The position numbers and the translations under genes were made by a program. Source: Escherichia coli (lineage in GTDB: Bacteria; Pseudomonadota; Gammaproteobacteria; Enterobacterales; Enterobacteriaceae). Taken from it: 64,000 nt of DNA. The DNA lies in assembly GCF_003019035.1 (NCBI RefSeq), contig NZ_CP027447.1. One strand, written 5' to 3'. Positions 21,101 through 32,895 of the stretch are shown in pieces. Positions within the stretch are counted from its first letter, which is position 1; each line of letters starts with the position of its first letter. The notes under the pieces are model-generated. The model had not been told where the DNA came from and did not search any database. It worked only from the letters and a program-made list of their open reading frames with translations.

Positions 21101-21480
21101 AAATTTTATTTATGTTATTATTAATTATCTTGAGTGGATGTGATGGCGAAAATGATGCCAAATTTGTTGGGCAATGGCTTGCTGATATTGATGGTGATAT
21201 AAAATCAGAATTGATCGTGAAGGCAAATGGAATTTTTTATTTCAAGAATATGCCTATGGAGACAGTTTGTCGCGAGGATAAAACATATAAGGCTAATTTT
21301 TTCGGGGATTGGACTATTAATATTGACAATAGGATTGATATTTCAATGGATAATGTTAATTCTGAACGGTGTAATATTCCATCCTCGTATTTAATTAATG
21401 GGTTTTATGATGGTGGATATTTTTTATGTCAGAAAGGATTGTCTTTTTTCCAGACGGACCTGATGAGCCAGGTAATATGA
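21097..21480 (+). CDS. Small lipoprotein, about 127 aa, immunity-like
   Basis: ATG at 21097; lipobox ILSGC; AT-rich. Confidence 0.45.
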   Translation: MKILFMLLLIILSGCDGENDAKFVGQWLADIDGDIKSELIVKANGIFYFKNMPMETVCREDKTYKANFFGDWTINIDNRIDISMDNVNSERCNIPSSYLINGFYDGGYFLCQKGLSFFQTDLMSQVI

Positions 21481-21549
21481 TCATTTATATTAAACAATGA
21501 AAGTATTGATCGTGAGCAGATTAAATATATAAGAAATTAAGGAGATACC

Positions 21550-24500
21550 ATGAGCGGAAAACCCGCGGCACGCCAGGGTGATGCCACGCTGAAAGGCGGT
21601 CCGATAGTCCAGGGGTCAGCGGGGGTGCTGATAGGCGCGCCCACCGGCGTGGCGTGCTCGGTGTGTCCGGGCGGGATGACTTCGGGCAACCCGGTAAATC
21701 CGCTGCTGGGGGCGAAGGTGCTGCCCGGCGAGACGGACCTTGCCCTGCCCGGCCCGCTGCCGTTCATTCTCTCCCGCACCTACAGCAGCTACCGGACGAG
21801 GACGCCTGCCCCGGTGGGCGTTTTCGGCCCCGGCTGGAAAGCGCCTTCGGATATCCGCTTACAGCTACGTGATGACGCACTGATACTCAACGACAACGGC
21901 GGGCGGAGCATTCACTTTGAGCCGCTGCTGCCGGGGGAGGCGGTGTACAGCCGCAGCGAGTCAATGTGGCTGGTGCGCGGTGGTAAGGCAGCGCAGCCGG
22001 ACGGCCACACGCTGGCGCGACTGTGGGGGGCGCTGCCGCCGGATATCCGGTTAAGCCCGCATCTTTACCTGGCGACCAACAGCGCACAGGGGCCGTGGTG
22101 GATACTCGGCTGGTCAGAGCGGGTGCCGGGTACTGAGGACGTACTGCCAGCGCCGCTGCCGCCGTACCGGGTGCTTACCGGGCTGGCGGACCGCTTCGGG
22201 CAGACGCTGACGTACCGGCGTGAGGCCGCCGGTGACCTGGCCGGGGAAATCACCGGCGTGACGGACGGTGCCGGGCGGAAGTTCCGTCTGGTGCTGACCA
22301 CGCAGGCGCAGCGTGCGGAAGAGGCCCGCACCTCTTCGCTATCTTCTTCTGACCGTTCCCGCCCTCTCTCAGCCTCAGCGTTCCCCGACACACTGCCCGG
22401 TACGGAATACGGCCCCGACAGGGGCATCCGTCTTTCGGCGGTGTGGCTGATGCACGACCCGGCATACCCGGAAAGCCTGCCCGGTGCGCCACTGGCGCGG
22501 TACACGTATACGGAAGCCGGTGAACTGCTGGCGGTATATGACCGCAGCAATACGCAGGTGCGCGCTTTCACGTATGACGCGCAGCACCCGGGCCGGATGG
22601 TGGCGCACCGTTACGCGGGAAGGCCGGAGATGCGCTACCGCTACGACGATACGGGGCGGGTGGTGGAGCAACTGAACCCGGCAGGGTTAAGCTACCGCTA
22701 TCTTTATGAGCAGGACCGCATCACCATCACGGACAGCCTGAACCGGCGAGAGGTGCTGCATACAGAAGGCGGGGCCGGGCTGAAGCGGGTGGTGAAAAAA
22801 GAACTGGCGGACGGCAGCGTCACGCACAGCGGGTATGACGCGGCAGGAAGGCTCACGGCACAGACGGACGCGGCGGGACGGCAGACAGAGTACGGTCTGA
22901 ATGTGGTGTCAGGCGATATCACGGACATCACCACGCCGGACGGGCGGGAGACGAAATTTTACTATAACGACGGGAACCAGGTGACGGCAGTGGTGTCCCC
23001 GGACGGGCTGGAGAGCCGCCGGGCGTATGATGAGCGGGACAGGCTGGTAACGGAGACATCGCGCAGTGGGGACGTCATCCGGTATGCTTATGATAATCCG
23101 CACAGTGAATTACCGGCCACGACAACAGATGCGACGGGCAGCACCCGGCAGATGACCTGGAGCCGCTACGGGCAGTTGCTGGCGTTCACCGACTGCTCGG
23201 GCTACCAGACCCGCTATGAATACGACCGCTTCGGCCAGATGACGGCGGTCCACCGCGAGGAAGGCATCAGCCTTTACCGCCGCTATGACAACCGTGGCCG
23301 GTTAACCTCGGTGAAAGACGCACAGGCCCGTGAAACGCAGTATGAGTACAACGCCGCAGGCGACCTGACTGCCGTTATCACCCCGGATGGCAACCGGAGT
23401 GAGACACAGTACGATGGGTGGGGAAAGGCCATCAGCACCACGCAGGGCGGGCTGACGCGCAGTATGGAGTACGATGCTGCCGGACGTATCACCACGCTGA
23501 CTAACGAGAACGGCAGCCACAGCGACTTTAGTTACGATGCGCTGGACCGCCTGATACAGCAGGGCGGCTTTGACGGGCGGACGCAACGTTATCATTATGA
23601 CCTGACCGGAAAACTCACGCAGAGTGAAGATGAGGGGCTTGTCATCCTCTGGTACTACGATGAATCGGACCGTATTACTCACCGCACGGTAAACGGTGAA
23701 CCGGCAGAACAGTGGCGGTATGACGGCCACGGCTGGCTGAGAGAAATCAGCCACCTGAGCGAAGGCCACCGTGTTGCCGTCCACTATGGCTATGATAATA
23801 AAGGCCGCCTGACCAGTGAGCGCCAGACGGTGCATCACCCGGAGACGGGAGAGCTGCTCTGGCAGCATGAGACCGGACATGCGTACAACGAACAGGGGCT
23901 GGCAAACCGCGTCACGCCGGACAGTCTGCCGCCGGTGGAGTGGCTGACCTATGGTAGCGGTTATCTGGCAGGCATGAAGCTGGGCGGGACGCCGCTGCTG
24001 GAGTTCACGCGCGACCGCCTGCACCGTGAGACGGTGCGCAGCTTCGGCAGCATGGCAGGCAGTAATGCCGCATACGAACTGACCAGCACATACACCCCTG
24101 CAGGCCAGTTACAGAGTCAGCACCTGAACAGCCTGGTGTATGACCGTGACTACGGGTGGAATGACAACGGAGACCTGGTGCGCATCAGCGGCCCGCGACA
24201 GACGCGGGAATACGGCTACAGCGCCACGGGCAGGCTGGAGAGTGTGCGCACCCTCGCACCGGACCTGGACATCCGCATCCCGTATGCCACGGACCCGGCG
24301 GGCAACCGGCTGCCGGACCCGGAGCTGCACCCGGACAGTACACTCACAGTGTGGCCGGATAACCGCATCGCGGAGGATGCGCACTATGTCTACCGCCACG
24401 ATGAATACGGCAGGCTGACGGAGAAGACGGACCGCATCCCGGCGGGTGTGATACGGACGGACGACGAGCGGACCCACCACTACCACTACGACAGCCAGCA

Positions 24501-25803
24501 CCGCCTGGTGTTCTACACGCGGATACAGCATGGCGAGCCACTGGTCGAGAGCCGCTACGTCTACGACCCGCAGGGACGGCGAATGGCGAAACGGGTATGG
24601 CGGCGGGAGCGTGACCTGACGGGGTGGATGTCGCTGTCGCGTAAACCGGAGGTGACGTGGTACGGCTGGGACGGCGACCACCTGACGACGGTGCAGACCG
24701 ACAGCACACGTATCCAGACGGTATACGAGCCGGGAAGCTTCACACCGCTCATCCGCATCGAAACAGACAACGGCGAGCGGGAGAAAACGCAGCGGCGGAG
24801 CCTGGCGGAGAAGCTCCAGCAGGAAGGGAGCGAGGACGGACACGGTGTGGTGTTCCCGGCTGAACTGGTGAGGATGCTGGACAGGCTGGAGGAAGAAATC
24901 CGGGCAGACCGCGTGAGCGGTGAAAGCCGGACGTGGCTTGCACAGTGCGGGCTGGCGGTGGAGCAACTGGAAAAACAGGTGGAGCCGGAATACACGCCGG
25001 AACGCACACTGCATCTTTACCACTGCGACCACCGGGGACTGCCGCTGGCGCTTATCAGCGAAGACGGCAATACGGTGTGGAGCGCGGAGTATGATGAATG
25101 GGGAAACCTGCTTAATGAGGAGAACCCGCATCATGTGTATCAGTCATACCGTCTGCCGGGGCAGCAGCATGATGAGGAGTCGGGGCTGTATTATAACCGG
25201 AACCGGTACTATGACCCGCTACAGGGGAGGTATATCACCCAGGATCCAATCGGGCTAAGAGGTGAATGGAATCTGTATAAATATCCATTAAACCCTGTTC
25301 GGTTTATAGATTCTTTGGGTTTAAAATTCCATGTTAACGGTGATCCAAGTGATTTTAATCAGGCTGTTGAGTATTTAAAACAAGATTCACGAATGAAAGA
25401 AGCTATAGATTTTTTATCAAGCTCTGAAGAAACCATAAAGATAGAGTATATTGATGAAACCGACGTTAGATTTGACCCGGATAAAATGACTATATATTGG
25501 AATGGTAAGGCGGCTTTATTTTGTTCAACTGATTTAAAATCGAAATCACAATCACCTGCATTAGGTTTGGGGCATGAGTTTGCTCATGCGCACTTATATC
25601 TTATTGATAAGGATGGTTATATGGGGCTTGTGAGACGTGCGGATGAACAATATAAAAATAAAGAAGAGGCGAGAGTTATCACTTTAATTGAACAGCATGC
25701 GGCGAAAACTTTAGGTGAGTGTACCAGAACAGCATATAATGGAGTGTATTATCGTGTGAATACACCAACGCAGACGGCAACAATAAATGGCACGCCAGAA
25801 TAG
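21550..25803 (+). CDS. Full-length Rhs polymorphic toxin, 1417 aa: PAAR-like N-terminus, YD-repeat shell, HExxH-containing C-terminal tip
   Basis: Track ORF with AAGGAG ribosome-binding site; N-terminus [11 protein letters not shown]…; repeated YD motifs; core boundary …YITQDPIGL…IDSLGL; tip contains [10 protein letters not shown]. Confidence 0.9.
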   Translation: MSGKPAARQGDATLKGGPIVQGSAGVLIGAPTGVACSVCPGGMTSGNPVNPLLGAKVLPGETDLALPGPLPFILSRTYSSYRTRTPAPVGVFGPGWKAPSDIRLQLRDDALILNDNGGRSIHFEPLLPGEAVYSRSESMWLVRGGKAAQPDGHTLARLWGALPPDIRLSPHLYLATNSAQGPWWILGWSERVPGTEDVLPAPLPPYRVLTGLADRFGQTLTYRREAAGDLAGEITGVTDGAGRKFRLVLTTQAQRAEEARTSSLSSSDRSRPLSASAFPDTLPGTEYGPDRGIRLSAVWLMHDPAYPESLPGAPLARYTYTEAGELLAVYDRSNTQVRAFTYDAQHPGRMVAHRYAGRPEMRYRYDDTGRVVEQLNPAGLSYRYLYEQDRITITDSLNRREVLHTEGGAGLKRVVKKELADGSVTHSGYDAAGRLTAQTDAAGRQTEYGLNVVSGDITDITTPDGRETKFYYNDGNQVTAVVSPDGLESRRAYDERDRLVTETSRSGDVIRYAYDNPHSELPATTTDATGSTRQMTWSRYGQLLAFTDCSGYQTRYEYDRFGQMTAVHREEGISLYRRYDNRGRLTSVKDAQARETQYEYNAAGDLTAVITPDGNRSETQYDGWGKAISTTQGGLTRSMEYDAAGRITTLTNENGSHSDFSYDALDRLIQQGGFDGRTQRYHYDLTGKLTQSEDEGLVILWYYDESDRITHRTVNGEPAEQWRYDGHGWLREISHLSEGHRVAVHYGYDNKGRLTSERQTVHHPETGELLWQHETGHAYNEQGLANRVTPDSLPPVEWLTYGSGYLAGMKLGGTPLLEFTRDRLHRETVRSFGSMAGSNAAYELTSTYTPAGQLQSQHLNSLVYDRDYGWNDNGDLVRISGPRQTREYGYSATGRLESVRTLAPDLDIRIPYATDPAGNRLPDPELHPDSTLTVWPDNRIAEDAHYVYRHDEYGRLTEKTDRIPAGVIRTDDERTHHYHYDSQHRLVFYTRIQHGEPLVESRYVYDPQGRRMAKRVWRRERDLTGWMSLSRKPEVTWYGWDGDHLTTVQTDSTRIQTVYEPGSFTPLIRIETDNGEREKTQRRSLAEKLQQEGSEDGHGVVFPAELVRMLDRLEEEIRADRVSGESRTWLAQCGLAVEQLEKQVEPEYTPERTLHLYHCDHRGLPLALISEDGNTVWSAEYDEWGNLLNEENPHHVYQSYRLPGQQHDEESGLYYNRNRYYDPLQGRYITQDPIGLRGEWNLYKYPLNPVRFIDSLGLKFHVNGDPSDFNQAVEYLKQDSRMKEAIDFLSSSEETIKIEYIDETDVRFDPDKMTIYWNGKAALFCSTDLKSKSQSPALGLGHEFAHAHLYLIDKDGYMGLVRRADEQYKNKEEARVITLIEQHAAKTLGECTRTAYNGVYYRVNTPTQTATINGTPE

Positions 25804-25815
25804 TGAGATTTTTTT

Positions 25816-26265
25816 ATGATGAAATATTTGATGGTTTTATTGTCTCTATTTTCTGCTTCGGTATTGGGGATGGGGCGAGTGAATGAATTGTGTGGAATAG
25901 ATAGTGTGAAAACGATAGAAATAATTAATCTTCCAGCATATGTTACCACCTTAACCCCGCTTAGCAAGGAAGGTCTCAAGAGAATATACAAACATAAAGT
26001 GGTGGTGAATGGAGTTAGCGATTTTTATGCTGGTGAGATAATTGATTTATTGCAAATGAAGTATTTCAGGAAGGAGGAGAATAACGATATAAGATGGGGG
26101 GTTGACATTGTTTCGAATAAAAATAATAAATGTGAAATTTATTTTGATGGTTTTGGTGAATGTGGAAGTGTGAATGGCATTAACGTATGTTTTGAAAAAA
26201 ATGAAATGATAGATTGGATTAAAAAAGAAATCCCTTTTCTGTCGCAAGAAATAGGTGGTCTTTAA
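25816..26265 (+). CDS. Putative cognate immunity protein with signal peptide, 149 aa
   Basis: Track ORF 13 nt after the rhs stop; AT-rich; N-terminus MMKYLMVLLSLFSASVLG. Confidence 0.55.
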   Translation: MMKYLMVLLSLFSASVLGMGRVNELCGIDSVKTIEIINLPAYVTTLTPLSKEGLKRIYKHKVVVNGVSDFYAGEIIDLLQMKYFRKEENNDIRWGVDIVSNKNNKCEIYFDGFGECGSVNGINVCFEKNEMIDWIKKEIPFLSQEIGGL

Positions 26266-26322
26266 ATGGTAGGGCAATATTCAAAGACAGTATAGGTAAC
26301 TATTTGTATGGACATGTAAGGT

Positions 26323-27638
26323 CAGGGAAAGATCACGTAACGCTGCTCAGGGAAAGATCACGTAACGCTGCTTTTTTGTACTAAACAATCCGCATTTTAT
26401 GTTTAAAAATTGAGATATTCCTCATTACCTAAAGCTGTTTTTTATTGCTTATACATGATCAAATACTCCTTACATAATTAAGGAGAACAAAATGGAACTT
26501 AAAAAATTGATGGAACATATTTCTATTATCCCCGATTACAGACAAGCCTGGAAAGTGGAACATAAATTATCGGATATTCTACTGTTGACTATTTGTGCCG
26601 TTATTTCGGGTGCAGAAGGCTGGGAAGATATAGAGGATTTTGGGGAAACACATCTCGATTTTTTGAAGCAATATGGTGATTTTGATAATGGTATTCCTGT
26701 TCACGATACCATTGCCAGAGTTGTATCCTGTATCAGTCCTGCAAAATTTCACGAGTGCTTTATTAACTGGATGCGTGACTGCCATTCTTCAGATGATAAA
26801 GACGTCATCGCAATTGATGGAAAAACACTCCGGCATTCTTATGACAAGAGTCGCCGCAGGGGAGCGATTCATGTCATTAGTGCGTTCTCAACAATGCACA
26901 GTCTGGTCATCGGACAGATCAGGACGGATGAGAAATCCAATGAGATCACAGCTATCCCTGAACTTCTTAACATGCTGGATATTAAAGGAAAAATTATCAC
27001 AACTGATGCAATGGGTTGCCAGAAAGATATTGCAGAGAAGATACAAAAACAGGGCGGTGATTATTTATTCGCTGTAAAAGGAAACCAGGGGCGGCTAAAT
27101 AAAGCCTTCGAGGAAAAATTTCCGCTGAAAGAATTAAATAATCCAGAGCATGACAGTTACGCAATGAGTGAAAAGAGTCACGGCAGAGAAGAAATCCGTC
27201 TTCACATTTTTTGCGATGTCCCTGATGAACTTATTGATTTCACGTTTGAATGGAAAGGTCTGAAGAAATTATGCGTGGCAGTCTCCTTTCGGTCAATAAT
27301 AGCAGAACAAAAGAAAGAGCCAGAAATGACGGTCAGATATTATATCAGTTCTGCTGATTTAACCGCAGAGAAGTTCGCCACAGCAATCCGAAACCACTGG
27401 CACGTGGAGAATAAGCTGCACTGGCGTCTGGACGTGGTAATGAATGAAGACGACTGCAAAATAAGAAGAGGAAATGCAGCAGAATTATTTTCAGGGATAC
27501 GGCACATCGCTATTAATATTTTGACGAATGATAAGGTATTCAAGGCAGGGTTAAGACGTAAGATGCGAAAAGCAGCCATGGACAGAAACTATCTGGCGTC
27601 AGTCCTTGCGGGGAGCGGGCTTTCGTAATCTTTCCCTG
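26323..27638 (+). mobile_element. H-repeat (ISAs1-family) insertion sequence, copy 3, with a 25-bp tandem duplication at its left end
   Basis: cagggaaagatcacgtaacgctgct occurs twice in tandem (26323..26372); IR-R …atctttccctg ends at 27638. Confidence 0.7.
26492..27628 (+). CDS. H-repeat-associated (ISAs1-family) transposase, 378 aa
   Basis: Track ORF; near-identical to copies 1 and 2. Confidence 0.85.
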   Translation: MELKKLMEHISIIPDYRQAWKVEHKLSDILLLTICAVISGAEGWEDIEDFGETHLDFLKQYGDFDNGIPVHDTIARVVSCISPAKFHECFINWMRDCHSSDDKDVIAIDGKTLRHSYDKSRRRGAIHVISAFSTMHSLVIGQIRTDEKSNEITAIPELLNMLDIKGKIITTDAMGCQKDIAEKIQKQGGDYLFAVKGNQGRLNKAFEEKFPLKELNNPEHDSYAMSEKSHGREEIRLHIFCDVPDELIDFTFEWKGLKKLCVAVSFRSIIAEQKKEPEMTVRYYISSADLTAEKFATAIRNHWHVENKLHWRLDVVMNEDDCKIRRGNAAELFSGIRHIAINILTNDKVFKAGLRRKMRKAAMDRNYLASVLAGSGLS

Positions 27639-27744
27639 TTTGTTTATATAAATGCCAAGATATTCTTTCTCAAAATATTGACTTCAGATTAACCGTGTTC
27701 CACGCAAACAATTTTCAAACATTCATCAATAGATAAGGAATTCC

Positions 27745-28212
27745 ATGTTTATACGACCAGTCAAACCTTCAGATGTTGAACCATTACTGGATATGCTGCT
27801 TGCCAGTGGACAATTTGATCAAGATGGCCTTCATCATGTACAAAAAACACTAACACATTATTTCTCAGGTCAATCTGCCGATTTATGGTTTAGTGCAGAA
27901 CACTTAGGACTGGCAGGGATTGCCTATTGCGCTCCTGAAGTGATGACAAATGATGTCTGGAATTTATTAATGCTCTGGATCAGTCCTTCCCATCAGCGCC
28001 AGGGAGTGGGACATCTGCTGATTAACGAAATAGAAAAAGAGCTCACAATTAAACAGGCAAGACTACTTTTAGTAGAGACCTCCAGCCATATCGATTTTAG
28101 TGCCGCCCGCGCATTTTATACAAAACAGGGCTTTATCAATGAAGCTATAATACGCAATTACTATGATGTTGGTGAGGATAAATTAATCTTCACTAAGAAT
28201 ATACAATCGTGA
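27745..28212 (+). CDS. GNAT-family N-acetyltransferase, 155 aa
   Basis: Track ORF; acetyl-CoA-binding motif (QRQGVGHLL). Confidence 0.7.
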   Translation: MFIRPVKPSDVEPLLDMLLASGQFDQDGLHHVQKTLTHYFSGQSADLWFSAEHLGLAGIAYCAPEVMTNDVWNLLMLWISPSHQRQGVGHLLINEIEKELTIKQARLLLVETSSHIDFSAARAFYTKQGFINEAIIRNYYDVGEDKLIFTKNIQS

Positions 28213-28277
28213 AATAAAATGTGCTTTTAACTCATATGGAAACATTGCTTAAAAAACCGGTCGCTGCATATGATTCT

Positions 28278-28847
28278 TTAGCCCGCGGTGACTCGCTTCC
28301 CGCTGGTAACAAACGTGCCAGCGCCTAAATGATGCAACGTATTGAGCTTATCATCATCAAACTGCCAGCGGCCTTCGACAAATACCCGTGCGTCTGCCGC
28401 TGCTGATACCACTTCGCCAAACAGCGTGTCGTATTTCTCTTGCGCGGAAGTCGCTGGTAGCAATCGGCACTCCATCCACGCCAGACATTTCTCTTCAACA
28501 AGTGGCAAACCAAGCACCGGACCTTCCACCACCGGAATGCCATAGCAATTAAATTTATCCTCTTCACGCCCAGATACACTTCCCACTGCCCACGTCCAGT
28601 TAGTCGCTGCAACGCCTGGGATAACGATGCCAAATTTACCGTTACGCTCAATCAACTCCCTGGTCCATGTCGACTTATCTACCACAATCGCCACGCGTGG
28701 CGGTTCAAACTCTACGGGCATAGACCAGGCTGCTGCCATCACATTACGTCGCTGTGATTTTTCATCAAAAGTTGTTATCAAAACTGTGGGGCCGTGGTTT
28801 AACAGACGGCTGGCATGGTGTAATTCGACGGGAATGAATTGGCTCAC
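28278..28847 (-). CDS. yddH: Flavin reductase-like domain protein, 189 aa
   Basis: Track ORF; synteny with nhoA. Confidence 0.8.
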   Translation of the reverse strand: MSQFIPVELHHASRLLNHGPTVLITTFDEKSQRRNVMAAAWSMPVEFEPPRVAIVVDKSTWTRELIERNGKFGIVIPGVAATNWTWAVGSVSGREEDKFNCYGIPVVEGPVLGLPLVEEKCLAWMECRLLPATSAQEKYDTLFGEVVSAAADARVFVEGRWQFDDDKLNTLHHLGAGTFVTSGKRVTAG

Positions 28848-29021
28848 GATATCGCCTCGCTATGAAGGGTGTTTTAAAAGCGTAGCTCGTAACGCAATAA
28901 GTAACGAAATTAACGGGATTGGCGATTTGCGAACGTGATGCATGTCCGCGATCGCACAAAATAGCCGGTGCGGCGTCTATTCCAGGTTATAAGTTGAGAA
29001 AACCACTAAGGGAAACGCCTG

Positions 29022-29867
29022 ATGACGCCCATTCTGAATCATTATTTTGCCCGTATTAACTGGTCGGGAGCTGCTGCGGTCAATATTGATACGCTGCGTG
29101 CATTGCACCTGAAACACAATTGCACTATTCCGTTTGAAAACCTCGACGTTTTGCTGCCGAGGGAAATACAGCTTGATGATCAATCGCTGGAAGAGAAACT
29201 GGTGATAGCCCGTCGTGGCGGTTACTGTTTTGAGCAGAATGGCGTGTTTGAGCGGGTGTTATGCGAGCTGGGGTTTAACGTTCGCAGCTTGTTAGGGCGC
29301 GTAGTGTTATCAAATCCGCCAGCATTACCGCCGCGCACCCATCGTTTGCTGTTGGTGGAACTGGAAGGGGAAAAATGGATTGCTGATGTCGGCTTCGGTG
29401 GGCAGACGCTAACCGCGCCGATTCGTTTAGTTCCCGATCTCGTGCAGTTCACGCCACACGGAGAGTATCGGTTGTTACAGGAGGGTGATGATTGGGTGTT
29501 GCAGTTTAATCATCATCAGCACTGGCAGTCGATGTACCGTTTTGATCTCTGCGAGCAGCAACAAAGCGATTATGTGATGGGCAATTTCTGGTCGGCGCAC
29601 TGGCCGCAGTCGCATTTTCGCCATCATTTGCTGATGTGTCGCCATTTGCCGGACGGTGGCAAGCTAACGCTGACCAATTTTCATTTTACCCATTATGAAA
29701 ATGGGCACGCAGTTGAGCAGCGAAATCTACCAGATGTGGCGTCGTTATATGCCGTGATGCAGGAACAGTTTGGTCTGGGCATGGATGATGTGAAACATGG
29801 CTTTACTGTGGATGAGTTAGCGCTGGTGATGGCGGCGTTTGATACGCACCCGGAGGCGGGAAAATAA
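29022..29867 (+). CDS. nhoA: Arylamine N-acetyltransferase, 281 aa
   Basis: Track ORF; NAT-family sequence; matches K-12 NhoA length. Confidence 0.85.
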   Translation: MTPILNHYFARINWSGAAAVNIDTLRALHLKHNCTIPFENLDVLLPREIQLDDQSLEEKLVIARRGGYCFEQNGVFERVLCELGFNVRSLLGRVVLSNPPALPPRTHRLLLVELEGEKWIADVGFGGQTLTAPIRLVPDLVQFTPHGEYRLLQEGDDWVLQFNHHQHWQSMYRFDLCEQQQSDYVMGNFWSAHWPQSHFRHHLLMCRHLPDGGKLTLTNFHFTHYENGHAVEQRNLPDVASLYAVMQEQFGLGMDDVKHGFTVDELALVMAAFDTHPEAGK

Positions 29868-29880
29868 TTTATGTCAGGTT

Positions 29881-29985
<105 letters not shown>

Positions 29986-30014
29986 GCCAGACACAGCGCC
30001 GTCAGGCGCTGTTG

Positions 30015-31240
<1,226 letters not shown>

Positions 31241-31241
31241 T

Positions 31242-32135
31242 TCAGAGTTCAATTGCCCATTCGGCATGAAACAAAATCACCGCCGTGCCAGAAATGGTGA
31301 CTTTCTCCGGTTGGTTATCGCGAATTGTCACCGTCACTTCAATTACGCCGTCACGCCCTAATGCGCGCCCCTGATGGCCTTTAACATGCAACACGTTGCC
31401 ATCGTGGGGCAATACGTTGTGATGTACCAACCATGCACCCATCGGGCCATTGGCATTGCCAGTCACCGGATCTTCCACAATACCAATCGCAGGCGAGAAC
31501 ATGCGACCATCGGTTTCGTTTTTGCCTGGGCGGATCTGGAACGGGAAGAAACCATTGCAGCCAATCTGTTTGCTGATTGTGGTCAGCGCAGCAAGGTCAG
31601 GCGAAAGGGCGTCGATATCCACTTCCGGCTTCAGTGGAATCATCACTTTTGAGTGTCCTGTGGTAGCCACCTGGATTGGCAAGCCTTGCAAAATATCGTC
31701 TTCAGTGAGATGAAGCGCGTTGATAATCGCTGCACGTGTTTCACCTTTCAGCGGTGGCTCAAAGCCTGGAGTACCTTGTTCCAGCGAAATACGATAATCA
31801 TCATTTTGCTTTTCGATAGTCACACGATGTTTTCCTGCCAGCGACGTTTGCCAGACGGTGCAATTTCCTAAACCTAACACCTTTGCACGTACATAGTGCG
31901 CAGCTACTGTCGCGTGACCACAAATCGGAACTTCAACCGTTGGCGTAAAGTAGCGGATGCGCACATCGCTGTCGTCGCTGTGCAGCAGAAAAGCAGTTTC
32001 CGAATGACCTAACTCGCGGGCGATAAGCTGCATTTGCGCTTCGCTAAGATTATCGGCGGGGAAAACAACACCGGCAGAATTGCCGCGAAACGGTTGAGAG
32101 GTAAAAGCATCGACGTGGTAAACCTGCGGTTTCAT
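31242..32135 (-). CDS. yddE: PhzF-family isomerase-like protein, 297 aa
   Basis: Track ORF; synteny. Confidence 0.8.
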   Translation of the reverse strand: MKPQVYHVDAFTSQPFRGNSAGVVFPADNLSEAQMQLIARELGHSETAFLLHSDDSDVRIRYFTPTVEVPICGHATVAAHYVRAKVLGLGNCTVWQTSLAGKHRVTIEKQNDDYRISLEQGTPGFEPPLKGETRAAIINALHLTEDDILQGLPIQVATTGHSKVMIPLKPEVDIDALSPDLAALTTISKQIGCNGFFPFQIRPGKNETDGRMFSPAIGIVEDPVTGNANGPMGAWLVHHNVLPHDGNVLHVKGHQGRALGRDGVIEVTVTIRDNQPEKVTISGTAVILFHAEWAIEL

Positions 32136-32214
32136 TAATGTTCTCCTGTGGCTGGAGAACTATCATAGCCTGCAAGTGGCCGGAGAGCGAAGAGCTATCC
32201 GGCCCGCGAGAGAA

Positions 32215-32895
32215 TTAACGCCGCGAACGCACAATCTGATACCGACGAGTAAAGTACTCAAACGGCGCGCTCCAGACATGCACCAGTCGGGTGAACGGGA
32301 AGAGCAGAAAGATGGTCATTCCAAGCACCAGATGAACGCGGAATATAAAGGCGACACCATCAAGATGCGTAGATGCACCGCCCTGGAAAGTGACAATGCT
32401 TTGCGCCCAGCCCACCAGCTTCATCATTTCACTGCCGTCCGGATGTTGTGCTGAAAAAGGAATGGTGGTTAACCCAAGAATGCACTGAATTAACAAAATG
32501 GCGAGGATCAGGATATCCGCACCAGAAGACGTCGCCCTGATACGCGGATTTGTTAAACGACGCACCAGTAGCCCCGCACCGCCAATCAGCGTCAATACCC
32601 CGCATATTCCGCCGAGGATCATCGCCATCTGCTGTTTTACCGCCACCGGCAGAAACCACGCGTACATCCAGTGCGGTGTTAACATGCCGAACAGGTGCCC
32701 GAAGAAAATCCCCAAAATGCCGATATGGAACAGATTCGACCATATCACCATCCCACGTTTATCGAGCATCTGGCTCGAGGAGGCGCGCCAGGTGTACTGC
32801 CCGTAGTCATAGCGCAGCCAGCTGCCAAGGAAAAACACCGTCGCACAAATGTACGGGTAGATATCGTAAAAAAAGACGTTCAGATACTGAATCAT
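32215..32895 (-). CDS. narV: Nitrate reductase Z gamma subunit (cytochrome b), 226 aa
   Basis: Track ORF; NarI-family membrane protein; operon order narZYWV. Confidence 0.85.
   Translation of the reverse strand: MIQYLNVFFYDIYPYICATVFFLGSWLRYDYGQYTWRASSSQMLDKRGMVIWSNLFHIGILGIFFGHLFGMLTPHWMYAWFLPVAVKQQMAMILGGICGVLTLIGGAGLLVRRLTNPRIRATSSGADILILAILLIQCILGLTTIPFSAQHPDGSEMMKLVGWAQSIVTFQGGASTHLDGVAFIFRVHLVLGMTIFLLFPFTRLVHVWSAPFEYFTRRYQIVRSRR

Noticed and set aside
22065-25134. Multiple minus-strand ORFs (up to 341 aa) inside the full-length rhs
   Set aside because: Same reasoning: antisense to rhs, low-complexity Arg/Pro/Ala-rich products.
26281-26372. Possible short CRISPR-like repeat (25-mer occurring twice)
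   Set aside because: Only two tandem copies with no spacers; the repeat is the IS terminal inverted repeat, so it is an IS-end duplication and not a CRISPR array.
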